NCBI RefSeq assembly: GCF_023055435.1
Contig: NW_025963857.1
Span: 16,678,001-16,742,000 of the forward strand
Direction of reading: 5' to 3'
Origin: Haliotis rufescens
Taxonomy: Eukaryota
Length of the DNA: 64,000 nt
The notes below the pieces were generated by a model, which made no database searches, was not told the origin of the DNA, and saw nothing but the letters and a program-made list of their open reading frames with translations. The stretch's first letter is position 1. Every line of letters starts with the position of its first letter. The position numbers and the translations under genes were made by a program. Below, piece by piece: positions 25,742 through 39,378 of this stretch.

Positions 25742-25982
25742 ACCCGTAAGATCCGGGTTAGAATCGGTCTTGAGCAGCCCATACCTGTCGTAAGAGGCGA
25801 CTAACGGCATCGGGGGTCTGGCTCGCTGACTTGGTTGATGCATGTCATCGTATCCCAGTTGCGTAGGTTGATGCTCATGGTGTAAATCACTGGACTGTCT
25901 GGTCCAGACTGGATTATTTACAGGCTGCCGTCATATAGCTGGAATATTTCTGAGTGCGGCGTTAAACAACAAACAAACAAAC
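25742..25982 (+). mobile_element. SINE family B
   Basis: Full head-to-tail match with a single hairpin module. Confidence 0.88.
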
Positions 25983-28476
25983 TTAATGTAATTGATTTCA
26001 CATGATGCTAAACTTTGAACACACAACCTACGTAATTGAGCTGCCACTAAAACCACCCCTTCCAACATGTCCAAATGGAAGGAAATCTCAAAAACTCTCG
26101 TCCCCCACATACAGCTGGAATATTGATGATCGCGGCGTTAAACAAAAAAACCAACTAACATTTTGCTGTTCGATTTGATGTGATTTTATATAGAGATATA
26201 TACATATCCTTACTCTGGTCCGAAAGTTTTATTACATGTGTGAGTTAAGGTTTCCATAGCCAAGTTCAGACAAGGTTCACTCGGGTATTGGGCAGTAATG
26301 GAGAGTTACAACATGAGCTTATGTTGGCAAGAATGCCCCCGGTTGCACATCACTAACGGTACAGAGCTTAAACCAGACGGCGTGAACCTACCTAGACAGA
26401 TTAAGTAACACCCTTCTGTAATTGGGGTCATTTAGCGAACGCTAACTGTTCCCTGAAGACGTTGGTGGCTGATATATCACTTGTATTACAAATACTGCGT
26501 TGATATATGATTAAAACTGTTCATTATTTTCTAGTCGTAGCCTGAATGCATTAGTTTTAGCTTTGCTTCATCTACGAAAAAATTAATGCTTTAGTTTATA
26601 TTTCCATTCGTTTTGTATGAAGTTGTAATATGGTGGTATCAGTGTTTGCAATTTGCTCAGAAAAGCGTACAAAGTCAGGTTTGCTCGTCTTATTTGGGGC
26701 GGCGAGGTAGCTAAGTGGTTAAGCGTTCGCTCGTCACGCCTAAGACGGGTTTGTTTCCAACTTAGGAATAACACATGATGCCCCCGCCATGATAAGTATG
26801 GACTATTTCTAAAAGTGACGTAAAACATCGTTCATTCTCTTCTTTGGTGAAGCATTATTCTCTTCTTTGGTGAAGCATTATAAGTCTTCTTTATAACATT
26901 ACATCATGGGGAGTGAATTATGTATGCAGATATAGACTCGTCCTTGTAATGGAAGGAACGGGAACTGAAACTCGAGGGTCCTGAGGACCAGAAGCCCGCA
27001 TCAGAGGATGCACATCACAGTAGGATACTCGTGTCTTGTAATGAAGAAGGGTTCCATCTTGGCATTTTGGCAAATTTGCCGGTTCCTCTCTGACCTGTGC
27101 AAAACCCCACAGAGCTGATGTGAAGTGTCTTGGACCTTGAAAAGTCCTTGAGAATATACTAGTAAGCAAATGCATAGACTATTATTGACGTCTCTTTCAA
27201 GTTCTTCTTGGCGGTCTTCAGGTAGATTATGCCCCATCAACTGCCTATAATGAAGTTATATGTGTATAGGAGAATATGTTTCTCTACAGCATACCTGTTT
27301 TTGTTACTGGTTCTGCGTCCGAGCTTGAAACGAGATACAGGTGCGCTTCACAGATAATATATAGGTGGTTACTCGTATGGGGGAGGCTTGGTGTTGAGAG
27401 TGAAGCTGACGCTGCCATGGAAACTGTATTTTCTGTTACAGGGTAATGGGTTGAAGGTGACAAGATTGCAATGTTTTGGTTAAGCTAATTCAATGTATAT
27501 GTGGTAAAATGATATTTGGGCCGAATATGCATTGATATTCAGTTAGCAATAATCGGCCAGGTAATACGTTTTAGCACAAGTATTCGAACGATAAACAACA
27601 TTATTGTTCTCGTTCATACGGGAAATCACGTATTAAATTCAGTAGCAGTTTATGAGACTGGGCGATGTTACGTGGCAAAAGTAATGTAACCAAATATGTA
27701 ATGAATATGAACAAACGATTGAGGAAGGGATTGATTGTGATTTTCAATAACGGCCAATAATTCACAATGAAAGTCTAATTTATTGTCTCTGATGACGTGT
27801 ATTACACGCATGTATGACAGAACACTGTATAGATATGTCACAATCTGTAATTGTAATCTCAAAAATCTGCAGACCTCTAAATTGCAAAATACTACCATCC
27901 CCCTTTACTTTACTAACTGGCGCCAAATGTGTTTCTTTTTCTGTATATACAATGTATAGACATACAATAACAACATTATCGTTGTCATGGTTCCAAGGGC
28001 TGTTCAATGACAATTGGATTCTTTCATGTGCCAGAATGGGCTCATTGTGTACAAGCAGTCTGTATACAGTTACATGGTTTATCTAAGTCGAGGTAACCAG
28101 TTCTTATCAGCCAAGCTTCCATTGCGCCCACATCAACGATAAATGTAACGTATGATACGTGGTAAAACAGACATAATATGTTCCTATGTTATATTCCCCT
28201 GGCAATTACCATCGCAGTGCACGCTGCTGACAAACATGGATACTGCGTTACGTGTTGCCCTTGGCGGAGTTCCAAACTGATAATGAGGACTTTGTAGTCA
28301 AGGTTTCCTGCTTGGGAGACACCTACCTCAACAGGACTCTGATAAAGTATCAAGAGTTTAAGATAACTGATTCAACAGCTTAGATTTGGAAACAACTTTT
28401 TTAGATTTAGAAACCGCTAGAAACAGTCGGGTGCGTGAAATGAAGACCGAGTAAGCTTAAGAGTCCCTATCTCTGA

Positions 28477-29420
28477 GTTATAGAAGCTGATATTTTATAG
28501 TTATAGAATCGGACATCCGGGAGTTATAGAATCGGACATCTGGGAGTTATAGATCGGACATCTGGAAGTTATAGAATCGGGCATCTGGGAGTTATAGAAT
28601 TGGACATCTGGGAGTTATAGAAATCGGACATCTTGAAGTTATAGAATGGGACATCTAGGAGTTATAGAAATCTGACATCTGGGAGTTATAGTATCGGATA
28701 TCTAGGAAATACAGAAATGGACAGCTAGAAATTATAGAATCGGACATCTGGTAGTTATAGAATTGGACATCTGGGAGTTACAGAATCAGACATCCAGGAA
28801 TTATAGAATCGGACATCTAGGGATTATAGAATCGGACATCTAGAAGTTATAGAAATCGGACATCTTGAAGTTATAGAATGGGACATCTAGGAATTATAGA
28901 AATCGGACATCTGGTAGTTATAGAATTGGACATCTGGGAGTTACAGAATCAGACATCTAGGAATTATAGAATCGGACATCTAGGAATTATAGAATCGGAC
29001 ATCTTGGAGTTATAGAATCGGAGATCTAGGAGATATATAATTGGATATCTGGGAGATATAGAATCTGATATCTGGGAATTACAGAATCAGACATTTAGGA
29101 ATTATAGAATCGGACATCTAGGGATTATAGAATCGGACATCTTGAAGTTATAGAATGGGACATCTAGGAATTATAGAAATCGGACATCTGGTAGTTATAG
29201 AATTGGACATCTGGGAGTTACAGAATCAGACATTTAGGAATTATAGAATCGGACATCTAGGAATTATAGAATCGGACATCTTGGAGTTATAGAATCGGAG
29301 ATCTAGGAGATATATAATTGGATATCTGGGAGATATAGAATCTGATATCTGGGAATTACAGAATCAGACATCTAGGAGTCACAGAATCGGACGTCCAGGA
29401 TTTATTGAATCGGACATAAA
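28477..29420. repeat. 23-bp minisatellite, about 40 copies
   Basis: Unit gttatagaatcggacatctggga. Confidence 0.95.
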
Positions 29421-30330
29421 CCCGGGATAGGGGTTATAGAATACCTCGGATTTATTGAATGGTACATAACGAGCAGTCATAGAAGCATATATCTAAGATT
29501 TATAGATTCCGATATCAGTTATTATTTATTGTTATAATATTCTGTTGTTAAAGAATCTGATATTTTGTGGTGATACAATCTGGTATCCAGTAGTTATACA
29601 GTTGGGTAACTAGGCGAATTGGGTACATATGGGTTACATAATTGGATTTATTTGCACTATAGAACTGAATATATAGGAATGGTATAATGTGATATATATT
29701 AATAACAGTTCTACGATCGTGTTTACAAACTAAGTTCTGACTGTGTATTTCTGACAGCAAATGAATTAAACATCGCAAGGTTCCTTCCTATCAAAATAAT
29801 ATCAAAGTTGGCGTACTTGATGATTCGTTTCCATATCGTTAAAATATTTATATGTTTTGGAGAGCATTTTCCGCCAAAATATGTCAAAGGTTCCATGTCT
29901 AAATAACATCTTACCGCGCTTGTGATATCTCTAAATTTGTTTTAGTGCATCTGCCACAGCCTGTGAGTAATGGTGCATGTTGGTGCACTGAGTAAACAAC
30001 GCGTGGTTTGTTTACTCTCAAAGCTTACATCAGTACCTGCTCTGACAATATCAAACATGCAGGTGGTGGACCTAGATAAAGCATAGTTGTTTCAAGGTGG
30101 TTCAGATGGTCGGTACTTAAAGACTACATACACGATGCCACTGATTTACTACAGTGAGGTGAGGTGAAATGGGGTTTAACGTCGAGTCCAAGATTACGTG
30201 TGTGTACTCCAAAGAAGTTAAAGAACACCCGAGTTTGACTGATTAACTATAGTAATGTGAAAGAATCGGATGTTCTTTAACCTTTTCAGTAGTATATATT
30301 AATTATGTCGTGAAGTAACAGATGGTCATG

Positions 30331-30567
30331 CTGTCTGGCGCTCAGCATTAAGGGGCTAAAACAAGGACTGATCGGCTCGGAGTCAGTATACTGTTTCTGA
30401 GTGGGGTATTCATGTTAAACTGCGGCATGGTATCTCAGTGAGCTAGCACTATAAATCGGCATCAGTCCGGACTAGTACAAGCAGCCACACAAACACACAC
30501 ACGTACATGCGTGTCTCTATGTAAGTGCAATAATCTTGGACGCGACGTTAAACCCCATTTCACCTCC
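30331..30567 (+). mobile_element. 5'-truncated SINE family C with TSD
   Basis: 12-bp TSD cagatggtcatg at 30319-30330 and 30568-30579. Confidence 0.88.
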
Positions 30568-31819
30568 CAGATGGTCATGATCGCGGTACGCCCAATGTTA
30601 AACCTGGGAAAATGTGCATATGAAGTGTAAATATATATATTTATTTAAGCGGTGGTTCCTACAAGCTACTTGTTGATGCCTCATGAAGATCCGACATTGA
30701 TGGTCTTCAGCAACCATGCTTTCGTAAATGGCGACAAAGGGCCATGTAGCTGTAATAATTCATGAGTGCGTTAAACAACAAACACACTTGTGTTGATGAT
30801 ACAAGAGAGAGCATGTACATCCCCTGTGTATCTTTGTTAGACCTCCAGATACCACATGAGTCTGGATTAGCTCCTGCTGAAGCATTTCATCATTAACCCG
30901 AATCTGTTATATGTTCATGTTCGCACATGCTTCCAAGTGCACCAATAATATCTGTTTTTCACTATAGATCCTGTGCAACAGGTGAAGTTGCTTTGTAAAG
31001 AGCAAACGCATGGATCCATTGCATGGATCAGTCTTCACTTTGGCCAATGTGGTACTAATTGATTCGTAATAGATAAGTGTTATTAAGTGCTGATTCAACC
31101 TTACATTCTTGCAATAAGCCAAGCGGTACACTATCCTATCAGTTTCATTCATGATACAAACATGTAATTTGGTAAGTTCTCTGCAACTAGGAGCGTTATA
31201 CTGTGTAATGCAGGTGCTTTCCCTGTAACATTCAGCCGTTCCTGGGAACATTTATCGCAAAGGTTACACAAGCTGGAGATGTAACAACATAAACGTTTGC
31301 ATACACTTTTTACAAACTGAATACAAATGTGATACTCTGGACTGTGTTAGTTTTACAAAGGCATTTCAGGTCTCATATATTAAAGGTTACCCAAATCTCA
31401 TGGTTGAACGTCTGAGATATATTGCTGTCTATATGCCATAGAGATAGTGTTTGCCGCATTGCTGCAAAATCACTATAGCCCCCGGATCATCCACAGAACT
31501 AGAATCGGCCAAGGACGGGCGTTGGGAACAGCTAATGACCCCGGCTGCCATATCTCTTGTGATAACAATTAACATAGGCCGTTGCCAAGGCCTTGTAGTC
31601 ATTTTTATAGACACAGATCCAACCAGCCTGTTTGTCAGACAAGTTAGTTTACCAGACTTTGTTTAAAATTGTATCTAGGAAAGTATCATTTTCGCGATCT
31701 TATATAACCACTTCGCAGGGAGCGCGAGATCGGACAGGTGTGTTTCAAGATTGGCAATCTGCCTAGACGACTTGCGACACGGGCTGTAAGGGAGACCTGT
31801 GTCAGATCCGACATCGACG

Positions 31820-31960
31820 GACGTGATTGGTCTGCCAGTTGCAAGTCAGTCTTGATTCTCTGCCAATGCCAAGTGGGCCCGATGCAGGATAATGTCAGCT
31901 GCAATAGGTTATTGGAATATTATAAACAAGAGGCGGACCTTACACCGGGAGCTGGGTCTT
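31820..31960 (+). promoter_or_regulatory. Candidate core promoter of the large gene
   Basis: CCAAT boxes (attgg about 31826, ccaat 31863), E-box cagctg 31896, TATAAA 31921, followed by a UTR-like segment with possible donors near 32070 and 32099. Confidence 0.4.
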
Positions 31961-33424
31961 AAACTATCCTTTCCAGCTCCGCTAGGTTCTTTAAGACCAG
32001 CTTTTGCGTTGTAGACTGTTCACAAAGAAGCTGTTCTGCTTTACAAGGAGGTGTTTTCGTCCTTTCAAGGTGGATTATAAGTTTTGAACTGCTTTTAGGT
32101 AATTATAACACATTTGTTCATATTGATTCATATAAACTATTTTATAATGTTGACATGTGATTGAAGAACTTGTTTTTAATCAAAAAGTTATTTCTATGAG
32201 CGCTTTTTAATTTTTCCAATAATCTTGCAAAGCAAATGTGAACCCGTATTTCTTGAAGAGATCTGATCTAAGTTGTATCATATTTACATTTTTATTTTTT
32301 TACCTTATGTCTCGATTGTGTTAATACCGATAGGAGAGAAAACTAATTCTGTGCAGAATAAACTTAATGACGTCATATTTAACTTTGAAAATCGCTATCT
32401 GAACTTGTCTTAAAGTTAAGTTTAGAAATAAAATATGAAAATCATGGTAAATATGAATGAATAATGTCAAATTAAACCCCATTCTCTTAATGGCCATGCT
32501 TATTCATTATCCATGAATATATATTCATATCATAGATGTATTTAATATGAATCACTGCAACAAACTTCATAACCAAACAAAACGTCGACCGAGACCGGCA
32601 AGGACAAGTGTACATTCAACGGCAAGGTGTTTGCAGGTGAATAACTTCTTAAACACAATGGTTTCATGTCTGATATCACATGGCAACCTAAAAGAAACCC
32701 AGCTCTTTCCCCTGATTCCTGCATTAGAAGCAGATGGGCATTGACCTTAACAGCGCCATCTGCTTCGTGCTCTGACGTCAATGTTGTCGTCACTACTCAG
32801 AGAATGTTCTGATACAGGTAGTTCTATGTCTCTGTTGGTTGGGCGATATTTACTGACAGTGCATGAAGGGAGACCTTTCCATTTCATTTCATTATTTCAC
32901 AGAGGCTTAAAAGCAAATACTACGTAACTAGACAATGGATTGATTAATATCTGTGCATATCAGATGCAGTGCTTACGATAATCAATTTAAATCAAATTCA
33001 GATATGGTTTCGTTCCTCGAATTTCCCTTTTTTTTTGCAGTGGTGGTCAGTTCAAATTATTATATTCACCCCGATGATGACGTTCATAACGGAGACACTT
33101 ATTCCGAACTGACTTATATTACGAATTTTTTTTTGGTCCCGTCCATTTGCTGTATATAGGCTGTTTTGTGCCTACGGTTATAAGGAACTAAAACTCGTGG
33201 CCCTCTTAGTTCGTTTTTTTCCATTCTCTTGGGCTTCCCCAAAGTGGTAAACGTGTACCACATTTGCACCTTCAGCTGCCACGTCGTGGTATACTCTCCA
33301 AACTTGTGTTTAACCAACCCAAGGAAGCTTTATATATATTGTTTACCATTAAACTTTCCTTAGACCACTGGACAATCCTTTGGATACAGGATCGCCTGTG
33401 GTAGAACATCGTAGACACGGGAGC

Positions 33425-33446
33425 ATGCTCTTCATGGAGCGGGATG
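33425..33446 (+). CDS. Putative first coding exon of the large Ser/Pro/Tyr/Arg-rich gene (MLFMERD)
   Basis: Acceptor ctttccttag| at 33363, ATG at 33425, GC donor G|gcaagt; phase 1 fits the next exon. Confidence 0.4.
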
Positions 33447-34023
33447 GCAAGTGCGGACTCTGAGAATGATTCACCAGATGAAGCTGTGCTAGGCTTTGAA
33501 AAACTACTTTGCAGATACTTAAAGTATTTATGGATTGAGTTAGTCAGTTACCTCTGTTTATCTTTACGCCAGGTACAGCGTCGCCGTCATGATGTTACAG
33601 TTCCTTAGATGCTAGGCTTAGTCTCTGAAAATATTGAATTTTGATAGAAACAAACAACTCCATTTAACCATGAAAAGAAGCCCTGTAAGATGGAAATACT
33701 GAACTTGCTTCATTTATAAGTATAGTTTTACAGTAAGTGCTGGGCGTAAGGGAAAATAATATGATTCGGGGACTGTGACACAGACTATTTTGATGCTTGA
33801 TCATTAGTTTGTCGGACGCTCAGTGCACACTATGATACAAGATTTGTGGAGTAACCTGGCGGTTAAAGTGTTGGCTCGTCACACCAAAGACCGCGTTCGA
33901 ATCCCAACAAAGGTCCAACATGGGAAGTCCATCGTTTGTGTCATCCGCCGTTATATGACTAGAGTAATGCAGGGTAAAACTTCACTCGTTCGCTTATTTG
34001 GCCATGAATTCTAAACCTAACCA

Positions 34024-34183
34024 GGGTGGTGGGGTAGCCTAGTAGTTAAAGCGTCGCTCATCACGCCGAAGACCCGGGTTCGATTCCCCACATGGGTACA
34101 ATGTGTGAAGCCCATTTCTGATGTCCCCCACCGTGATATTGCTGGAATATTGCTAAAAGCGGCGTAAAACAATACTCACCCAC
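34024..34183 (+). mobile_element. SINE family A
   Basis: Near-consensus copy. Confidence 0.9.
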
Positions 34184-34824
34184 TAAACATGTCATCGTGG
34201 AAAGTTCGTTTAATTCAACTCACTTATGCTGCCCTACTAGGAAGAATCACGTGTGTGCAGGACTTTGCCAGTGCATAGATCTACGAGACACAAATACCTG
34301 AGTGATAAGACCATTTGGCGTAACACTAGATCCCTTGGCTTGAAACATGAGACAGTTTAAATTTAGCCGTTTACTCAGTTTGCCATAACTTAAGTTTCAT
34401 TTGTCTACTCGTTGCGCGTAACAACAACAGTTGCAGCAGAATCGCCGTACGCTGAAGAGAGTGGATATATTTATACCCGCTGATTACCTAGACATTGCAT
34501 TTGGGGAATAGTTTGGGACGCGTCGACATTTCACCAACTCTCGTTTCTTCCTAGGGACTATCTAGACATGGTTAACAGCTGCACCCTTTATGGCTCGACA
34601 CACACTCATTGGTATCCCGAACGTCGAGACTGAAATGGTCATGATGTGATTATCGAATGCAACACTGGACGGATATGCTCATCCCTTAGTACCCTACATT
34701 CTTCAGTTTCGTATGTCCGTGTGTGGGCTACACAGATCTTTTTTTTTAAGAAGACATATCTCTGACCGGACACCCCACCTAGTGGCAGATATATATGTCA
34801 TATTGAATATCATGTTCATTTTCA

Positions 34825-35065
34825 GAAGCGATTCAGGGTTAGAATTGTCCGCAGCAACCCATGCTGGTCGTAGAGGCGACCAAATGGATCGGGTTGTTTG
34901 ACTCGGTGCCATGGTTGACATCGTGTCATTGTAGCCGAGAGCGTGGAACTGGACGAAAAGTATCAGTCACTGGATTGTTTGGTCCAGACTCGATTATTAC
35001 ACAGGCCGCCGTCATATTGCTATAATATTGTTGACTGCGGCGATTAACAACAGACAAACAAGCAA
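34825..35065 (+). mobile_element. SINE family B, older subfamily
   Basis: Diverged head with tggtcg/cgacca stem; typical tail. Confidence 0.75.
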
Positions 35066-35677
35066 AACCGAATTTTCCCAAGAAAACACCGAACTTAACA
35101 TCATTAAAATGTAATAAATACTTAATACAGTTCAATATCCTTGAACTCCAAAATTCGTCATAATTCAGCATAATTAAACGATCGAATTCCGGAAAGCAAC
35201 GTTTCCACGAAAATAGTCCAGATTACTAATAGAGAGCAGGGAGTGTTTATGTGTATATGTAAGTCCAGACTATCGAGGTTCAAATGTACACAGTGTCGCG
35301 CGTGCGGTTATTCCACAGAAACAACATGTGGCGTGGCCTTGGAAGTTGCTAGAATACACACAGTAATTCCTTCAAGTTCCGCTTTGCACTTTCAGTCTCT
35401 GATTCACTGATAAGACTATGGTCTATCTGTATGTAATTTTTCTCGGTTTGGGCTGATGCGCTCTTTGCCAGTCTGAGAGGTTAATAATAGCCCCTTGTTA
35501 TTGTGTACACGGAGGTGCTTCTTCAAGTCTTTATATGTACCGTGTTCGTCGCTGAAGGCACAGCCACAGATGTTACATGCTAACCTTGGAGCCCAAAATG
35601 CTGAATAGAAATACATGTCAAGATCCATTAAATCAAGCCACTTTGCCTGCAAACTTTATCTTTATCATTAGTATGTT

Positions 35678-35932
35678 TCTTGTTTAACGCCGCACTTAGC
35701 AATATTCCAGCTATACGACGGCGGTCTTTAAATAATCGAGTTTGGACCAGACATTCCAGGGATTTACATCATTGGCATAGATCCACGCAATTGAGATACG
35801 ATGACATGCATCAACCAAGTCAGCGAGTCTGACCACCCGATCCCTTAGGTCGCCTCTGATGACAAGCCTAGTCGCTTTTTACGGCAAGCACGGGTTGCTG
35901 AAGACCAGTTCTACCCCGAATCTTCACAGGTC
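35678..35932 (-). mobile_element. SINE family B
   Basis: Reverse complement match with a duplicated hairpin module. Confidence 0.88.
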
Positions 35933-36344
35933 GCCAATGGTAGGCGAAAGAGGATGTTTTGTATATTATAGGTTAGCTGATGTTGAAGCTATTCTGTAAG
36001 AACGATGTGAACAGAGATTCTTTCGCAATTAATATTTTAATTAAAAATGACTATTGCAATTGGTATTTTATTCTCTTATGACCATATCCCACTTCAATGT
36101 AATGAAATGCTGTGAAATATCTTTAAATATGTAATGCCTATCAAACAATTTATCTTTAAATATTGTTGATAGGAGACTATATAAATACCTTTTTACATAG
36201 ATCATATCAAATAAGTAATATCTCTGCAGTAGGCAACCAGAAACACCATGCACAATGGGGAGGAGGGGGCACATTTGAATTTTCGTAGGTAAAATATTAA
36301 GTGTATAAGAAGATTGTTATCACAGAAATAGCTTTGCTATAAAG

Positions 36345-36403
36345 ATGTTTATCTCGCTCTAACGCGGAGGTATTCTACGAGTCTACGTCAGAAGTCCTCT
36401 GAA
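36345..36403 (+). CDS. Putative exon of the large gene ((D)VYLALTRRYSTSLRQKSSE)
   Basis: Weak acceptor gctataaag|, donor GAA|gtacgc; phase 1 to 0 bridges 33446 and 39270. Confidence 0.4.
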
Positions 36404-37155
36404 GTACGCTCTTGCTTTATCTACCTATCCGTTTCCATGGCAACCTTACAAGCGCGCGTTCGTGGAGCTCTTCTCCTATCTATCACTGTATTGAGATGAG
36501 CGCAGCTAAATTAGGCTCTTCCTGTATGGGTGCTGTGTTTCTAGGAGGAATGCGGCGTGTGTCAGGGGTATCGGGTTTCATCCCACTCCAGCTTCGCACG
36601 TGGGTCTTGCCACATTCTGACGGATTCCGGAATGGAGATTCTGGATTGAAAAACTCAGACCGGTTTCAAAAGATTAGTGATGACTTTGAGGTTCATGTCA
36701 GAAAAAATATTTTTTATTTTGGGGGAACGAAAGTATTTTGAAAAAAAATAGTTGTATATTATATTAATCCATTGATTCATACTTTAGGATAGGGTGAATA
36801 AAGATACTGTATCACCTCAACATTCCAGAGTAGAAATATATTTCCTACATACATGTCTGTGTCGAAATTATATGTGATGACAAGTTACATTTTGTATACA
36901 CCTGCAGTCCAAAATATACAACGTAATGTGTTTTTTAAAGAAGCTACACCCAAATTTATATTATGCTTTAGTCATTAAAGAGGGACCATTGTCAACAATA
37001 TGGATCTCATTTCTCATTTCCTGTAAATGTCTAAACATCGTCACTTGTACCATGTTATCAGGGAAATCATTAAATGATTGATCAGCATAAAAAAAACTTG
37101 TTCACACACACACACACGCACGCACGCACGCACGCACGCACTTAACCTGAAGCAG

Positions 37156-37878
37156 GATGTGGTTATAGATATCATATTAGTTATATGGGCGGTTAGATGG
37201 ACCATTGGTTCCATGCCCTTAATATGTTAACTGCCTGATGTGGTTATAAATATCATATTAGTTATGTGGGCGGTTAGATAGACCATTGGTTCCATGCCCG
37301 TACCTGCCTGATGTGGTTATAAATATCATATTAGTTATATGGGCGGTTAGATAGACCGTTGGTTCCATGCCCCTCATATGTTAACTGCCTGATGTGATTA
37401 TAAATATCATATTAGTTATATGGTCGGTTAGATGGACCATTGGTTCCATGCCCCTGATATGTTAACTGCCTGATGTGGTTATAAATATCATATTAGTTAT
37501 GTGGGCGGTTAGATGGACCATTGGTTCCATGCCCCTGATATGTTAACTGCCTGATGTGGTTATAAATATCATATTAGTTATATGGGCGGTTAGATGGACC
37601 ATTGGTTCCATGCCCCTGATATGTTAACTACCTGATGTGGTTATAAATATCATATTAGTTATGTGGGCGGTTAGATGGACCATTGGTTCCATGCCCCTGA
37701 TATGTTAACTGCCTGATGTGGTTATAAATATCATATTAGTTATATGGGCGGATAGATGGACCATTAGTTTCATGCCCCTAATATGTTAACTGCCTGATGT
37801 GGTTATAAATATCATATTAGTTATATGGTCGGTTAGATGGACCATTGGTTCCATGCCCCTAATATGTTAACTGCCTGA
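37156..37878. repeat. 81-bp minisatellite, about 9 copies, running into the 3' half of a family-A SINE
   Basis: Unit tgatgtggttataaatatcatattagttatatgggcggttagatggaccattggttccatgcccctgatatgttaactgcc. Confidence 0.95.
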
Positions 37879-38879
37879 ACCCCATTTTTGGTGTCCCCGC
37901 CGTAAATATGCTGGAATGTTACCAAAAACAGGTTCAAACTCTACTCGAAAACTCACTCCCTCACATTCCAACTTCCGCCTGCCACGCACACTCCACAGCT
38001 GTACGACAAGACCTGTGAATAGTTGTACCGAATCTGCTCAGTCAGCAAATGTTGCTGCAGTGCCAGAGATTCCTCTGACATAGTTGCCCTCGCGCAGACC
38101 GTTTACTGCCGTTGCTGATTACGGAAGTGTATATGGTGTTGCTGCAAAGATGTGTTGAGAAAATACAGTTTGTTTGTCACCTTGGCGGCCTTTTCACTGT
38201 TGTAATTATATTTCATAAGAATTTGCAATATTGGGGCGATGGTGGTGATGGAGTTGATGCGATCGGTTGTTTGGGAAGAAATACTATCATATGTTTCATC
38301 AAAAACAAGAAATTGTTCTCCCGACAAAAGTGAAAACAATGTATACTACTCAAAGGAACAAAAGAAGGATGTGTGTTGCAATGCCCACCAGCCATAACCG
38401 ATTGATTGTAGTTATATGAAAAAATAACGAATGTTCCTTAACACCTATGAGTAGTATCGATTGTTCGGTTCATCTTTTCACAAAAGAAAATTGCGTATTT
38501 GGCGAAGTGACCGAAACAGTATTCGGTTTCTAAATATTAAATGGTGGGTCCCCTTTGACTTTGAATATGATGTGCATTAGGTGCACAGTTGTGATGAACA
38601 TTCCAAACGCGTGTGGGCTTGTTAACGATAGAAACCTACCCAGAGGCAGCCAACAAAGAGGAGATAACTGGGAACACATTCTTGGAGGTCGCTGTGTTCC
38701 ATGCATTTGAAACTAAACACTAATTGAATTAAAAGAAACTATTTATTAATACGTTAACCTACTAATTAAAGTCTGATATCACCTACATTAATTGAAAATA
38801 ATCTCATTGCAAAGGTATATCGCATAAAACAGACATCTGTTTTTATGAGTTAATGCTTTAATGTATACAATGTATACAA

Positions 38880-39269
38880 TTACCTGTTCTTGGGTATAAC
38901 ATCTATACTCTAACCCCTGTATTACCTGGGTATACCCGCCTATTATAACCCATGTGTTACCTGTTCCTGGGTATACACGCAAGTACTATAACACCTTTAT
39001 TATCTGTTCCTGGGTGTACCGGCCTACTATAACACCCTTTATTATCTGTTCCTGGGTATACCCGTCTACTATAGCCTATGTATTACCTGTTCCTGGGTAT
39101 ACACGCAGGCACTATAAGCCCTGTATTACCTGGTTCCTGGGTATACACGCAGGCACTTTAACCCCTGTATTACCTGTTCCTGGGTATACACGCAGGCACT
39201 ATAACCCCTGTATTACCTGGTTCCTGGGTATACACGCAGGCGCTAAAACCAATGTATTACCTGTTTCAG
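38880..39269. repeat. About 43-bp minisatellite, about 9 copies, abutting an exon
   Basis: Unit tattacctgttcctgggtatacacgcaggcactataacccctg. Confidence 0.9.
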
Positions 39270-39378
39270 AGCACAAGGGGCCACTCCGTTCTGCGCAGAG
39301 GGACGTTCGGTGCCTACCCTAGACGTGTGTACAGCGACGCCTTTGCCCCTGAGTATATACCACGCAGGCTTGGATACG
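39270..39378 (+). CDS. Exon of the large gene (STRGHSVLRRGTFGAYPRRVYSDAFAPEYIPRRLGY)
   Basis: Acceptor cctgtttcag|, donor G|gtaaat; phase 0 to 1; composition matches the big exon. Confidence 0.7.

Noticed and set aside
26918-27430. Possible minus-strand two-exon gene
   Set aside because: Splicing the 50-nt intron (27245-27294) gives an immediate stop; no recognisable protein.
28477-29420. CRISPR-like look of short regular repeats
   Set aside because: Units are contiguous with no unique spacers, there are no cas genes, and the context is eukaryotic.
38954-39322. 122-aa repetitive ORF
   Set aside because: Product of the 43-bp array; the real exon starts at 39270 in another frame.
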